A stretch of 64,000 bases of DNA from an uncultured Bacteriovoracaceae bacterium (GCA_964477895.1 CAYZFQ010000003.1:122243-186242); one strand, 5' to 3'; counted from the stretch's first letter, positions 17,746-28,632 are shown. Notes: a model not told the origin generated them from the letters alone. Translations and numbers: made by a program.

Positions 17746-19071
17746 TCACATTGCAGATTCCCAGACTTTTTTCATTTGTTTGAGCTCAGTGTTTTTTACG
17801 GGACCTAAAACGTAGAAGCAGGGTGTTTTTTGAAAAATCTTAGCGCTGCGATCTAAGCTTTTTTTGGAAATCATTTTGAGTTCCTTGAGAGCTTCCTTAA
17901 GCGAAATGGTGCGGTTTAAAAGAATCTCTTGGCGCCCGATGGACTCCATTCGATTGTTCACGCCTTCAAAACTCATATAGGTGGCCCCTTCCATCATGGA
18001 AATTAAAAACTCGATATCGTCTTCTGAAATCCCGCTTAAAACTCGAGACATCACTTTAGCCACGGCTTCGGTGGCCTCAAAAAGTTTTTTTCTATCACAG
18101 GCAAAATAGGTCATCATCAACCCGGCATCAGTAAAGCTCATATGCTGGGCATAGGTGGTGTATACGAGGGCTCGATTTTCACGTAATTCGCGAAATAGGT
18201 AAGAACTCGAACCACTGCCAATCAATGAGCAAAGGGCAGAAAAAAGAATTTCATTTTTGTGAGAAAGCGCCACTCCCGGCCAAAAGAAAGCCGCTTGGAC
18301 TTGGTCCACCGCAAATTTTTTTGACTGAGACATTTCATAAAAAGGCTCGGTCATTTTCGGCACCGAACGGGGATGTCGCGGCAAGGCTTTGCGAAGAGAC
18401 CCTCCCCACAAATAGTCTTCGGCTTTCGCTAGGGACTTCATCAATTGTTCTTTAATCTTGTCAGGCGAGTGAGAAGAAACGACCGTAACCACCATTTCCG
18501 AACGCAAGAAGACATCTCGAATATGTCCTAGCAACTCTTCGTGCGAGAGTTTGGCCACACGATTGGAAAAACCTCCCACACGGTCACCCAAGGCAAAACC
18601 CTTCCAAGGCACCTCTAATTGGTTGTCGGAGAATTCATCATCGGGACTTTGCTCGTAGCCCTGCAGCTCCTGCACAATGACCTCGCGCTCTTTTAAAAAA
18701 TCTTGGGGCTCTAATAGAGAGTCAAAAATCATTTCGCACAAGAGATCTAAGGCCAATTGGGTTTGGTCTTTGGGCACCCAGGCATGAAAACAAGTGTACT
18801 CACGGTCGGTAAAGGCGTTGATATCGCCCCCTGTGCGCTCAATCGTTTGAGAAATTTCCTCTGCACTATGCTTTGTCGTACCCTTAAAAAACATGTGTTC
18901 CGCAAAGTGAGTCATTCCATGAAGGTGCCGTGGTTCGTGACGACTCCCGCACTTTACAAAAAATCCGATAGACGCTGAGGCGGCCGAAGGATGACGTTCC
19001 ACCACTAAACGAATTTTAGGGTGAACCTGATAGCGGGCTAGTACTCGACCTAATCCGCTATGCTGCTTCAT
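17746..19071 (-). CDS. M16-family zinc peptidase (insulinase-like)
   Basis: Inverted zincin motif HFAEHMFFKGT (HxxEH). Located downstream of pnp, as in many bacteria. Confidence 0.8.
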   Translation of the reverse strand: MKQHSGLGRVLARYQVHPKIRLVVERHPSAASASIGFFVKCGSRHEPRHLHGMTHFAEHMFFKGTTKHSAEEISQTIERTGGDINAFTDREYTCFHAWVPKDQTQLALDLLCEMIFDSLLEPQDFLKEREVIVQELQGYEQSPDDEFSDNQLEVPWKGFALGDRVGGFSNRVAKLSHEELLGHIRDVFLRSEMVVTVVSSHSPDKIKEQLMKSLAKAEDYLWGGSLRKALPRHPRSVPKMTEPFYEMSQSKKFAVDQVQAAFFWPGVALSHKNEILFSALCSLIGSGSSSYLFRELRENRALVYTTYAQHMSFTDAGLMMTYFACDRKKLFEATEAVAKVMSRVLSGISEDDIEFLISMMEGATYMSFEGVNNRMESIGRQEILLNRTISLKEALKELKMISKKSLDRSAKIFQKTPCFYVLGPVKNTELKQMKKVWESAM

Positions 19072-19083
19072 CGACTCAACTTA

Positions 19084-21225
19084 TTACCGAGGATTCGGAC
19101 TCGCGCTGCTACCTAGGGGTGGCAAAGCCGCCTTGCGACTCAAACGAATCTTACCCTGGCGGTCGATATCCAAAACTTTCACGGGAATCTGATCGCCTTC
19201 TTGGACGATATCCTGAACCGACTGCACTCGGGTGTGATCCAACTCCGATACGTGCACCAATCCATCTGTTCCCGGCATAATTTCTACAAAGGCACCGTAA
19301 TCGGCAATGCGCACGACCGTGCCCATATAGACCTTACCAATCACAGCTTCTTCCGTAAGATTGCGAATCATTTCCAGAGCTTTTTCGGTGGCCAAGGGAT
19401 CCGTGGAAGCCACGTTCACTTTGCCTGAATCTTCGATGTCGATCTTCACGCCTGTGGCCGCAACAATGCCCTTGATGTTTTTTCCACCGGGGCCAATGAG
19501 GTCTTTGATGCGCTCTTGAGAAATTTGTATCGAGGTGATTCGTGGCGCAAATTTGGAAAGCTCAGCCCGATTTTCTTTGATGGCCGATTCCATTCGATCC
19601 AAAATATGCAGACGACCTTCACGAGCCTGCATCAAAGCTTTGCGCAAGACTTCAGGACTGAGGCCGTCCATCTTGATATCCATTTGCACTGCGGTGATGC
19701 CGGCACGGGTTCCGCAAACTTTAAAGTCCATGTCGCCCATATGGTCTTCGTCCCCCAAAATATCGGAGAGGACCACCACGTTGCTGCCTTCTTTCATTAG
19801 TCCCATGGCAATACCGGCCACAGCTGACTTAATCGGCACACCGGCGTCCATTAGAGCCATCGAAGAGCTACAAACCGTGGCCATAGAAGAAGAACCGTTA
19901 GATTCTAAAACTTCTGAGACCAATCGAATGGTGTAAGGAAATTTTTCGTAATCTGGAGCGATGGCTACCACCGCGCGCTCGGCCAAGGCTCCATGGCCCA
20001 CTTCGCGGCGAGAGTTGCCACCGAAGCGACCCGTTTCACCCACCGAGTAAGGAGGGAAATTATAATGGAGCATAAAGCGCTTATTGAATTTGCCGCGCAC
20101 GCTATCAATAAGCTGCTCGTCTTCGGAAGTTCCTAAAGTACAAATAGCAAGGGCCTGAGTTTCTCCACGAGTGAAGAGGGCCGAACCATGCACTCGAGGC
20201 AAGACACCGGCTTCGACTTCGATAGGACGGATCTGATTGTATTCCCGGCCATCGATGCGTTTGCCCGACTTAAAGGTGAAATCTCTTGCGAAATCTTTTT
20301 TAACTTCGTCAAAGGCTTTTTTCGCCTGAGTTTTTAACAAAAGCTTTTCGGCATCCGTAGTGGCGCCCGCCGTAAACTCGGAAACTACCTTATCTTTGAT
20401 CTTGGCAATTTGCTCGTAACGTGTGGCTTTTTCGCGCTGGGCAAAGGCTTCCCCTAAGGGACCCCAAGCCGAAGCCTTGACTTTAGCGAGAGTGGCCTCG
20501 TCTTTAGGCGGAGATTTGAAATCTTCTTTCTTCTTACCGCATTGTTTGCGCAAGTCTTCTTGAAGGGCAATGAGAGTTTGAATTTGCTCGAAACCGAAGA
20601 ACACCGCCTTAAGGAAAGTATCCTCATCAATGTTGTCGGCCCCACCCTCAACCATCATAATGGCGTCCTTGGTGCCCGACACTAAAATCGACATGTCGGA
20701 GCCATCTTGGGCTGTGGTCGTGGGATTAATCACAAATTCATTATTGATTCGTCCCACGCGCACAGTGGCGATCGGATTCGTAAAAGGAATCGGTGAAAGA
20801 TACAGGGCAATAGAAGCCCCCAAACCTGCAATGGTTTCGCACTCATTTTCTCCGTCGTAGGAAAGAATGGTGACTACCACTTGGGTGTCACGACGAAAAC
20901 CTTCAGGGAAAAGAGGTCGCAAGGGACGGTCTACCAGGCGAGCGTTAAGCGTTGCCCATTCCGAAGGGCGAGCCTCACGTTTGAAAAAGCCACCGGGTAT
21001 TTTTCCGGAAGCGTAGAATTTTTCTTGGAACTCGATGGTGAGCGGGAAAAAATCAATCCCCTCTTTTTCTTCTGCCTTGGCCACAGCGGTAACCAAAGCG
21101 GAGGTCTCACCATACTGAATAAAAACTGAACCATGCGATTGCTTGGCTAAACGGCCCGTTTCGATTTTTAAAGTTCTACCGCCAAATTCAGTACTTACCG
21201 TGACGGGGTTATTAAGTTGTTGCAT
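19084..21225 (-). CDS. pnp: Polynucleotide phosphorylase
   Basis: Two RNase PH domains, KH and S1 domains. Start chosen at ATG 21225 (MQQLNNPVTV...), which is preceded by a GGGAGA SD. The ORF track extended the start to 21270. Confidence 0.9.
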   Translation of the reverse strand: MQQLNNPVTVSTEFGGRTLKIETGRLAKQSHGSVFIQYGETSALVTAVAKAEEKEGIDFFPLTIEFQEKFYASGKIPGGFFKREARPSEWATLNARLVDRPLRPLFPEGFRRDTQVVVTILSYDGENECETIAGLGASIALYLSPIPFTNPIATVRVGRINNEFVINPTTTAQDGSDMSILVSGTKDAIMMVEGGADNIDEDTFLKAVFFGFEQIQTLIALQEDLRKQCGKKKEDFKSPPKDEATLAKVKASAWGPLGEAFAQREKATRYEQIAKIKDKVVSEFTAGATTDAEKLLLKTQAKKAFDEVKKDFARDFTFKSGKRIDGREYNQIRPIEVEAGVLPRVHGSALFTRGETQALAICTLGTSEDEQLIDSVRGKFNKRFMLHYNFPPYSVGETGRFGGNSRREVGHGALAERAVVAIAPDYEKFPYTIRLVSEVLESNGSSSMATVCSSSMALMDAGVPIKSAVAGIAMGLMKEGSNVVVLSDILGDEDHMGDMDFKVCGTRAGITAVQMDIKMDGLSPEVLRKALMQAREGRLHILDRMESAIKENRAELSKFAPRITSIQISQERIKDLIGPGGKNIKGIVAATGVKIDIEDSGKVNVASTDPLATEKALEMIRNLTEEAVIGKVYMGTVVRIADYGAFVEIMPGTDGLVHVSELDHTRVQSVQDIVQEGDQIPVKVLDIDRQGKIRLSRKAALPPLGSSASPNPR

Positions 21226-21291
21226 TTTATCTCCCAAAAAGACGGACGAGGGCCCTGGCGAAATCGCCAAAAATAAACTCGCTGCGGCGAC

Positions 21292-21561
21292 TTACTTACG
21301 TAAGCCGAGGTCAGAGATGAGCTTGTTATATCGATTGGCGGATTCGGTTTTGAGGTAAGTCAAAAGACGACGACGACGACCCACCAGCTTCAGCAATCCG
21401 CGGCGTGAGTGAAAGTCCTTCACGTGTGATTTGAAATGCGAGGTTAAGTTATTGATACGGGTGGTGAGAAGGGCCACTTGAACTTCGGGCGATCCAGAAT
21501 CCTTGTCGTTAATTTTGTAATCCTGAATAACTCGGACCTTCTCATCTCGACTGATAGACAT
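21292..21561 (-). CDS. rpsO: 30S ribosomal protein S15
   Basis: 89 aa; canonical S15 sequence. AAGGAG SD upstream. Confidence 0.9.
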   Translation of the reverse strand: MSISRDEKVRVIQDYKINDKDSGSPEVQVALLTTRINNLTSHFKSHVKDFHSRRGLLKLVGRRRRLLTYLKTESANRYNKLISDLGLRK

Positions 21562-21602
21562 TTTCTAATTTCTCCTTAATTTTTTACCAGATAGGGCATA
21601 GT

Positions 21603-21632
21603 CAAAAAGCACCCAAAACTCAATGAGTGCTT
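21603..21632 (-). terminator. Hairpin + U-tract between truB and rpsO
   Basis: Minus-strand AAGCAC...GTGCTT 6-bp stem with a 14-nt loop, followed by TTTTT. Lies just after the truB stop. Confidence 0.4.
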
Positions 21633-21633
21633 G

Positions 21634-22617
21634 TTAAAAGTCATCGGGGTCAAAGGGCGATCGCAAAAAGACTCGTCCCAGGCGAACGGGGGGCCCTGGT
21701 TGAACCCAGGCTACGGGCTGAACCTTATCGGGGGCCAGAAGGAGCAAGGGGCGTTCGAGGGTCTCGGGGAGAGGGTAAGCGCCCGTTGCGAGAAGCCGGG
21801 AGGCCTGGAGGGGCTCGAGGGTGTGAGTATCAAAGAGAGACCTCAGGTCATCGAGACCCAGCTGACGAAACCGGAATTCAGGTATACCCGTTAACCCGTA
21901 TACCTGAATTCCGGTGGCCGCCCTCTCCAAAGGAGCGCCGATTTCAAATGGACCTATGGCGCTACGACGCAGGTCCAGCAGCATCCCCGGGAATCCACAG
22001 AGGGCCTCGCCCCAGTCCCGGGCTAGGGACCTGATGTAGGTTCCGGCCGCGACTTGCACCCGAAAGACCCACTCAAGTCCCGGCACCGAAGCGGAACCTT
22101 TTTCTAAAATAAATTCCCGAAGCGATTCATGCTCAATGGAAATAATTTCGGCAGGCCGTGCCGTCATTTCAACTCGTTCCCCCGCTCGTACCCTGTCGTA
22201 AGCTCGCTTACCATCCACCTTAATGGCACTGAGCGCGGGGGGAACCTGCATGATTTTTCCCACAGCCTTCGGTAAAAAATCTTGGATTTTATTTGTAATA
22301 TTTTCTAAATTTAACGAGAGGGGGCTCTCTGGCAAAATCAGCGCTCCCGTTTCGTCCAAACTATCGGAGCTCGCCCCCATAAACATTCGGGCCTGGTAGC
22401 TTTTGTCTAAGCCTGTAAGAGGTGCAAGTAACTTAGTTCCCTCACCAGTCCCGACCAACAATAAGCCTTCGGCAAAGGGATCCAAAGTTCCCGTGTGCCC
22501 AATATTCAATCGGCTTTTTACAAGGGCGCCCGACTTCTGCGCCAAAGTCTTTTTAAATTTGAAAAGGCAATCTTGCGAAAGCAGGCCCTTATCTTTCCAA
22601 ACTAGATAAAGGCCCAC
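21634..22617 (-). CDS. truB: tRNA pseudouridine(55) synthase
   Basis: TruB catalytic motif GHTGTLDPFAEGLL. Contains a 44-bp near-palindrome within its coding frame (see findings). Confidence 0.85.
   Translation of the reverse strand: MGLYLVWKDKGLLSQDCLFKFKKTLAQKSGALVKSRLNIGHTGTLDPFAEGLLLVGTGEGTKLLAPLTGLDKSYQARMFMGASSDSLDETGALILPESPLSLNLENITNKIQDFLPKAVGKIMQVPPALSAIKVDGKRAYDRVRAGERVEMTARPAEIISIEHESLREFILEKGSASVPGLEWVFRVQVAAGTYIRSLARDWGEALCGFPGMLLDLRRSAIGPFEIGAPLERAATGIQVYGLTGIPEFRFRQLGLDDLRSLFDTHTLEPLQASRLLATGAYPLPETLERPLLLLAPDKVQPVAWVQPGPPVRLGRVFLRSPFDPDDF
21871..21914. repeat. 44-bp near-perfect palindrome (17-bp perfect arms around a GTTAAC centre) inside truB
   Basis: CCGGAATTCAGGTATAC (21871-21887) and GTATACCTGAATTCCGG (21898-21914) are exact reverse complements. 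The central GTTAAC is also palindromic. 40 of 44 positions are symmetric. Confidence 0.8.
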
Positions 22618-22620
22618 CGC

Positions 22621-25485
22621 TTAGGCGCTCGGTTGGGCAGAGCTCAGAGTTCCTTCGATCTCTTCAACGGTATAAGCCTCGATAAAATCACCTACTTTGA
22701 TATCGTTGTAGTTCTCAATGGACATCCCGCACTCAAAACCTTCCGCCACTTCTCGGGCGTCATCCTTAAAGCGTTTGAGTCCAGAAAGTTTGCCCGTGTA
22801 AATAACTCGGTTGTCGCGAATAAGTCGCACAGTATTAGACCGAGCAATTTTGCCTTTGACCACCTGACAACCGGCTACTGCGCCGACCTTCGTGATCGTG
22901 AAGACGTTGCGAACCTCGGCCCGACCCTGCAAGGTCTCCTTGAAGGTAGGATCCAACATGCCCGACATGGCTTTGGTCACATCATCCAACAAATTGTAGA
23001 TGATCGTGTACTGCTTCACTTGAACACCTTGAAGCTCAGCCATATTTTCGGCCTTGGAATCGGCCCTCACATTGAAAGCAAAGATAATCGCCTTAGACGC
23101 AGAAGCTAAGAGAACATCGCTCTCTGATACCCCACCCACGGCCGCAGCTAGGATTTTTAGTTTCACTTTGTCTGAAGGTATTTTCAACAGCGAAGCCTGA
23201 ATGGCTTCGGCGGAACCCTTGACATCAGCCTTAATGATGACCGGAAGTTCTTTCACTTCACCGGCCGTCATCTTAGAATAAATATCTTCTAGAGAGAGCC
23301 CCTTTGTGGCTTCCGTGCGTTTGGCACTTGCCCGGAACTCAGCCAACTCCCTAGCCGACTTTTCATCCGCCAAGGCATTGAGAGAATCACCGGCTTCCGG
23401 AACTCCACTCAGACCCAAAATTTCCACAGGTGTGGAGGGACCGGCTTCCCGAATATTTTTTCCCTTATCATCGATGAGCGCACGCACCTTACCGGTGAGT
23501 GATCCCGCCACGACAAAGTCGCCCACTTGTAATTTTCCTTGTTTGACCAAAACGGTTGCCAAGGGTCCACGACCTTTGTCGAGCTTGGCTTCCACAATCA
23601 CGCCTTCAGCAGGGCCTTCGGCTCGAGCCTTAAGACTCATCATTTCAGCTTGGAGTTGAAGCATCTCTAAAAGTTTGTCTACGCCCAAACCGGTTTTGGC
23701 GGAGACAGGAACGAAGATCGTCTCCCCACCCCAGTCTTCCGATAGCAATCCAAATTCCGAGAGCTGTTGACGAAGTCTATCGGGATTAGCGTCCGGTAGA
23801 TCCATTTTATTCATGGCCACAATAATCGGAACACCCGCGGCCTTCGCATGGTCGATCGCCTCGCGAGTTTGAGGCATCACACCCTCACTCGCCGCCACCA
23901 CCAAAATCACAATATCCGTGACCTTAGCACCGCGGGAACGCATGGCTGTAAACGCCGCATGGCCGGGAGTATCTAAGAAAGTAAGGCTCTCTACGTGAAC
24001 TTTGCTATCAGAAGAAGCACTTTTAGCAGGCGCCTTCTCTTTTCGATCTTTTTTGACTTTTTTATCTTTGTCTTTAGTGGCGGCTTCCGCTGTGAAGGCC
24101 TGGAGATTTTTAATCGCATCGGCCACCGACACCGTATAAGCCCCGATGTGCTGAGTGATTCCACCCGCCTCACCTGAAACGACTCGCGCCCGGCGAATCA
24201 TATCAAGGAGTGAGGTTTTGCCGTGATCCACGTGACCCATGATGGTCACTACCGGTGAACGAGGGGTCTGCCCTTCGTCTTCTTCTTCGCCGGCATTCTC
24301 AGCAATGAAGTCGTCTTCCCGGAAAGTTTCGTCGCGAATCTCAAAACTAAATTCCGCCGCTAAAAGTTGGGCCGTTTCCAAGTCGAGTAGCCAGTCTTCT
24401 AAATGTTCCACATCGGGTTCTTCAACCCCCATGCTTTTGAGCTTTTTAACCACTTCATGAACCTTCACGCTCATTTGGTGGGCGAGGTCTTCCACAGAAA
24501 TGCGGGAGTCAAAATCAACCAAACGTTTGTGCGCGGCCGACATACTTGTTGAAGCATGGGAACTTGAGCCTCGGCCCAAGGCTAAGCGTTTTTTCTTGGG
24601 TTGATAGACGCGTTCCCGACGCAAATAATCCGTAGACTTGAACATGATATCATCTTCGCGAATCCGAGGCCCCAGAGAAGATTTCTTTTTACGGCTTTCC
24701 TCATCCGCCAATTCTTTTTCCAGAAGGGCGGCCGCGGTTTTGCTAAGTTCCGGATCGCTAAAGGTTTTGGGAACGGAGGGACCTTTTTTTGTGGGAGCTT
24801 TGTAGTTTGGCGAAGCTTCCTCAACAATGAGAGGCTTCGCTCTTTGCACTGGCTCTGTAGAAACCACACGAATTACACTATAGCGAGGACCCCGACGCAC
24901 AGCCACTACAGGGGCCGCAGGTGTAGCCGGAATCACTGTGCTTTCTGCCAAAGATTCAACCTCAGGAAGAGACTCAGTACTTTCTCCTACATTTAGGCTC
25001 TCTAAAGAAACTTCTGTAACCTCAGCTTCCGCGCTTTCCGTTGAGACTTGATTTTCAGCCGATAGCGATGCCACTTCTTCCACCGGATCTAGCGCCGAGG
25101 CTTCAGGACTCAGATTCTCCGGCGCCGCCGCATAGGCGACCGCATCAGAACTTTCTTCCGGCGCCACTTCTGCGATGACTTCCTCTTCTTTAGCAGAAGA
25201 TTCTCTTCGCAAAACCACCTCGGAAGACTTCCGCCGAGCCGCGGAGGCGGCATCTTCAGCGCGCGAAGCCTTAGGTCGACGAGTCACCGCAGACTTCTTT
25301 TTAGGTGAGTCTGAGGCTTCCGGAGGGTTTAAGAAATTTTTGATCTTCTCAACCTGTTCGCCACTCAAATCCGACATATGATTTTTCAACTTCAGATCGA
25401 GTGGTTTAATCTTATCAATGAGATCTAAGGCCTTAATATTGAGCTCCTTTGCGAGCTCAAAAACTTTGATGTTCTCTGTTGTCAT
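22621..25485 (-). CDS. infB: Translation initiation factor IF-2
   Basis: 954 aa. G-domain [17 protein letters not shown]. Low-complexity N-terminal region. Confidence 0.9.
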   Translation of the reverse strand: MTTENIKVFELAKELNIKALDLIDKIKPLDLKLKNHMSDLSGEQVEKIKNFLNPPEASDSPKKKSAVTRRPKASRAEDAASAARRKSSEVVLRRESSAKEEEVIAEVAPEESSDAVAYAAAPENLSPEASALDPVEEVASLSAENQVSTESAEAEVTEVSLESLNVGESTESLPEVESLAESTVIPATPAAPVVAVRRGPRYSVIRVVSTEPVQRAKPLIVEEASPNYKAPTKKGPSVPKTFSDPELSKTAAALLEKELADEESRKKKSSLGPRIREDDIMFKSTDYLRRERVYQPKKKRLALGRGSSSHASTSMSAAHKRLVDFDSRISVEDLAHQMSVKVHEVVKKLKSMGVEEPDVEHLEDWLLDLETAQLLAAEFSFEIRDETFREDDFIAENAGEEEDEGQTPRSPVVTIMGHVDHGKTSLLDMIRRARVVSGEAGGITQHIGAYTVSVADAIKNLQAFTAEAATKDKDKKVKKDRKEKAPAKSASSDSKVHVESLTFLDTPGHAAFTAMRSRGAKVTDIVILVVAASEGVMPQTREAIDHAKAAGVPIIVAMNKMDLPDANPDRLRQQLSEFGLLSEDWGGETIFVPVSAKTGLGVDKLLEMLQLQAEMMSLKARAEGPAEGVIVEAKLDKGRGPLATVLVKQGKLQVGDFVVAGSLTGKVRALIDDKGKNIREAGPSTPVEILGLSGVPEAGDSLNALADEKSARELAEFRASAKRTEATKGLSLEDIYSKMTAGEVKELPVIIKADVKGSAEAIQASLLKIPSDKVKLKILAAAVGGVSESDVLLASASKAIIFAFNVRADSKAENMAELQGVQVKQYTIIYNLLDDVTKAMSGMLDPTFKETLQGRAEVRNVFTITKVGAVAGCQVVKGKIARSNTVRLIRDNRVIYTGKLSGLKRFKDDAREVAEGFECGMSIENYNDIKVGDFIEAYTVEEIEGTLSSAQPSA

Positions 25486-25516
25486 GCCCTAACCAATCTT
25501 TCTTCAGTCTTTCTTC

Positions 25517-26911
25517 TTAGCTCTTGGATTTTTCACGTGCGGCCACTTCGGCGCGCAGTTTAGCCTCAAGGCCACCTATGGATCCAGTTGCAGACGCATC
25601 TTCTTTAGGACCGGAACCCGCGGCGTCTGCAATTCTTGCTGCTGCAATTTCTTCTAAGGCCCGATCGGCGGCACCCGATGCCACCACTTCAGCGGCTTTG
25701 AGGAGGAGTTCTTTAGCCTTTTCCACATCGAAACCGGGAACTTCACTCAAAAGCTCAGCGTCTGATGACGCCACGTCTCGAACCGTGTCAAAGCCACTTT
25801 GATAAAGAGCCATGGCAAGGGTGTCGGATATGCCGGGGATCAACATGAGTTGATACTTGGCTTCAGCCAAACGCTTAGCCATAATGGTTTCGGAAACGAT
25901 ATCCAGCTTCCATCCCGTGAGTTGGCTTGCCAAACGCACGTTCTGCCCACGTTTGCCGATAGCTAACGACAAATTCGTATCTCCCACAACCACTTCGATG
26001 GCGCGATTTTCATCATCAATAATAACTTTTTGAATTTCGGCCGGAGCCAAAGCATTACACACAAAGCGAGTGATATCTTCATCCCAAGGCACGATGTCGA
26101 TGCGCTCCCCACGGAGTTCTTGCACAATGTTTTGGACTCGGCTTCCTCTTACACCCACACAGGCCCCAATGGGGTCCACGTCTGAGTCTTTTGAAATGAC
26201 CGCAATTTTTGCGCGGATACCAGGGTCGCGAGCCGCTCCCTTGATAGCCACCAAGCCCTCTCGAATCTCGGGAACCTCATTTGTGAACAAGGCCATAAGG
26301 TATTCCGGACAAGAGCGCGAAAGGATAATGCGCGGACCCTTTGGAGTTAACTGCACGTCACTAAGGTAGGCTTGAATACGATCTCCAGGGTTGTAGGCCT
26401 CTCCCGGGATTTGTTCTTTTAAAGGCATGTAACCTTCCGTGCGACCCAGATCAATAATCACAGCTCCCCGGTCCACTCGACGGATCAAACCCGTAATGAT
26501 TTCTCCTTTACGGTGTTGAAACTCATTAAAAATAATTTCGCGCTCGGCGTCGCGCACCTTTTGCACAATCACCTGCTTGGCCGTTTGGGCCGCAATCCGC
26601 GAAAGTAAGGTGGTATCCATTCGAATCCCTAAACTATCAGCTAGCGAAACTTCAGAATCGTAAGTTTTGGCTTCTTCAAAAGAGATTTCTTTGTCGGTGT
26701 CTTTGACCTTTTCAACCACGTTTTTGAACTGAAAAAGCTCTACTTCGCCAATTTCATCGTTATAGCGCGCTTCAATGTCTCGACTCATGCCGTATTTTTT
26801 ACGAGCGACAGTGAGCATGGCCTCTTCAATTGCGGAAATCAGCAAAGCCTTGTCGATGCCCTTGTCTTTTCCGACTTGTTCAATCATTTTTTCGAGTTCA
26901 CTTGCGTTCAT
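25517..26911 (-). CDS. nusA: Transcription termination/antitermination factor NusA
   Basis: 464 aa with S1 and KH domains plus a C-terminal acidic repeat. Sits between rimP and infB. Confidence 0.9.
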   Translation of the reverse strand: MNASELEKMIEQVGKDKGIDKALLISAIEEAMLTVARKKYGMSRDIEARYNDEIGEVELFQFKNVVEKVKDTDKEISFEEAKTYDSEVSLADSLGIRMDTTLLSRIAAQTAKQVIVQKVRDAEREIIFNEFQHRKGEIITGLIRRVDRGAVIIDLGRTEGYMPLKEQIPGEAYNPGDRIQAYLSDVQLTPKGPRIILSRSCPEYLMALFTNEVPEIREGLVAIKGAARDPGIRAKIAVISKDSDVDPIGACVGVRGSRVQNIVQELRGERIDIVPWDEDITRFVCNALAPAEIQKVIIDDENRAIEVVVGDTNLSLAIGKRGQNVRLASQLTGWKLDIVSETIMAKRLAEAKYQLMLIPGISDTLAMALYQSGFDTVRDVASSDAELLSEVPGFDVEKAKELLLKAAEVVASGAADRALEEIAAARIADAAGSGPKEDASATGSIGGLEAKLRAEVAAREKSKS

Positions 26912-26936
26912 ATTTTCTCCCGTCGCAGCTGGCCGT

Positions 26937-27515
26937 TCAGGCCTTCTCTTCGTTTCTTAATGTCCAATCGCGCACCCACTGGGCCGAGCGAATTTTATCT
27001 AAAGGAATTTTATGCACACCCAAACTATCTTCGATCTCCAAAGAGGGCCCCTTTTCAGAAGCCGAAACTTCAGCCTCTTTGATCTCTTTTAAAACACCTT
27101 CCCAATTGCGGCGTGCTTTGGCTGGAGGCGGCATCGGCAAGGCTTCGTCTGTCTGGAAACGGACTTTATCGCCAATGGCCATTTTAAACTGACGAAGAGT
27201 GCGCAAAGACGCTCGTTCGCCGGGACTACTCACTTCAAGAGTGTAGGCCGTGGCTAAAGGATCCCAAACATCAAAGAGCGGATTTAATTCTCTGTGGACT
27301 TTGGCACAGTCGTCGATACCTATGGCATCCGCTTCGCTTCGAATATTTTCAAGAGTAATTCGCACAATAGCTGAAGCCCCGCCTACGACTTCTAAGTCCC
27401 AGAGGCCATAGGTCAACGATGCCAGGACGGGTTCCACAAGCCCAATAAGCTTGGCTTCAAGAGGGCTTTTTAAAACTGAAATCTGATCTTCTTTAATCAA
27501 ATGAGCTTTCCTCAA
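26937..27515 (-). CDS. rimP: Ribosome maturation factor RimP
   Basis: RimP signature LEVSSPG. First gene of the nusA-infB operon. Confidence 0.8.
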   Translation of the reverse strand: MRKAHLIKEDQISVLKSPLEAKLIGLVEPVLASLTYGLWDLEVVGGASAIVRITLENIRSEADAIGIDDCAKVHRELNPLFDVWDPLATAYTLEVSSPGERASLRTLRQFKMAIGDKVRFQTDEALPMPPPAKARRNWEGVLKEIKEAEVSASEKGPSLEIEDSLGVHKIPLDKIRSAQWVRDWTLRNEEKA

Positions 27516-27600
27516 GTCCTTTATAAACTCGGGCTCTAGGCCCGTGTTGAGGACTTGAGACGGTCACGGGACGGAGCCTAAGGTTTAGGCCGACGCCCAG

Positions 27601-27629
27601 GATATAGTCGCAAGCTCAGTGGATTGCAA
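27601..27629 (-). promoter_or_regulatory. Candidate sigma70-type promoter of the rimP-nusA-infB operon
   Basis: On the minus strand, TTGCAA (27624-27629), a 17-nt spacer, then TATATC (27601-27606). This is about 85 nt upstream of the rimP start. Confidence 0.35.
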
Positions 27630-27639
27630 GCTAAGCGAG

Positions 27640-28632
27640 CTATTTGAGAGTGGGTTTGAAGAGGTGGGTGAGGGTCCAAAGCATTCCGCCCTTAATACAA
27701 TAGGCCACAACCACGCGATTTTTGGCGTCTGGCACCGCCGCAAGGTCGCTATCGTTTAAGCGAAAGGGAATGTACACCATAGAATCCGCAGACTCGCCCG
27801 TTTTTCGAGCATTGGCGGTCCGAGTGACAAGAGGAGTAGGATATTTTGAGGCGTCTTTGGTATCGGCTCCAAAAACATCGGTCACTGCCGGAGTATTCAG
27901 GGGCGGGTTAAAGTCAAAAGAGCGTGAAGAGTTTTGCATCAGAGCTCGGGCGTAAACTCGGGCCATGCGCACTCGGGGCTTCTGAAAAAGGCCTCCCATA
28001 GGAGTGTCTTGAGCGTCGATGTAGAGACCGGAGATCAAATAAGGTTTGGCCGAATTGAAGGGAAGTCCCGCCCCACCAGGGGCCGAAGAATTACAAGTGG
28101 ACACACATCCGCCCACACCCACGATGCAATTATCCACTAGGTTTTTGGTAACTGTTTTTCCCACAGTCATTTGTCCGGTGCCTTCATTAAAGTCACCGGC
28201 AATTAAATTCCCTGAGGCATCGAAGCCAATTTCGGCCATCGTGACTTCCGCTGCCGTAACGGAAGAGACACTTTGACCTTCCAAGTAGAGATCAAAGCCT
28301 TGGATGATGGCTTGCTTGCCTGAGGCGAGTAATGATTTGAGGGGCTCTTTTGGATTTTGACATTCCAATGTGGAGCTCAGACCGGAACCCACGGGAAGAG
28401 CAAAGGGGCTGTTGTCGTAGCAAAAAGGCACATGAGTCCCCCCATCCGTGAGTCGAGTGGCATAGACCAAATCTTTATGTGGGCCTGTGCTCGAGCTATT
28501 TTCAGAGCCGGGAATTAGCCAGGAGGAGCTCGACGTTTGACCACTCCCGCCGCGGGAACCCTTGCCCCCACCGCAGGCACTGAGAAGAATGAATAAAAAG
28601 AAATATAAAAACGATGTCGCTTTCATATTCAT
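27640..28632 (-). CDS. Hypothetical lipoprotein
   Basis: Signal peptide with lipobox (LLSAC) followed by a Gly/Ser-rich linker. No recognisable domain. Confidence 0.55.
   Translation of the reverse strand: MNMKATSFLYFFLFILLSACGGGKGSRGGSGQTSSSSWLIPGSENSSSTGPHKDLVYATRLTDGGTHVPFCYDNSPFALPVGSGLSSTLECQNPKEPLKSLLASGKQAIIQGFDLYLEGQSVSSVTAAEVTMAEIGFDASGNLIAGDFNEGTGQMTVGKTVTKNLVDNCIVGVGGCVSTCNSSAPGGAGLPFNSAKPYLISGLYIDAQDTPMGGLFQKPRVRMARVYARALMQNSSRSFDFNPPLNTPAVTDVFGADTKDASKYPTPLVTRTANARKTGESADSMVYIPFRLNDSDLAAVPDAKNRVVVAYCIKGGMLWTLTHLFKPTLK

Noticed and set aside
21226-21270. Upstream start for pnp (MAISPGPSSVFLGDK...)
   Set aside because: ATG at 21225 is preceded by a GGGAGA SD and gives the conserved PNPase N-terminus. 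The extension has no SD.
21627-22034. 135-aa and 87-aa plus-strand ORFs (Pro/Gly/Arg-rich) opposite truB
   Set aside because: They are antisense frames of a GC-rich coding segment. The truB frame is conserved with catalytic motifs. The translations are low complexity.
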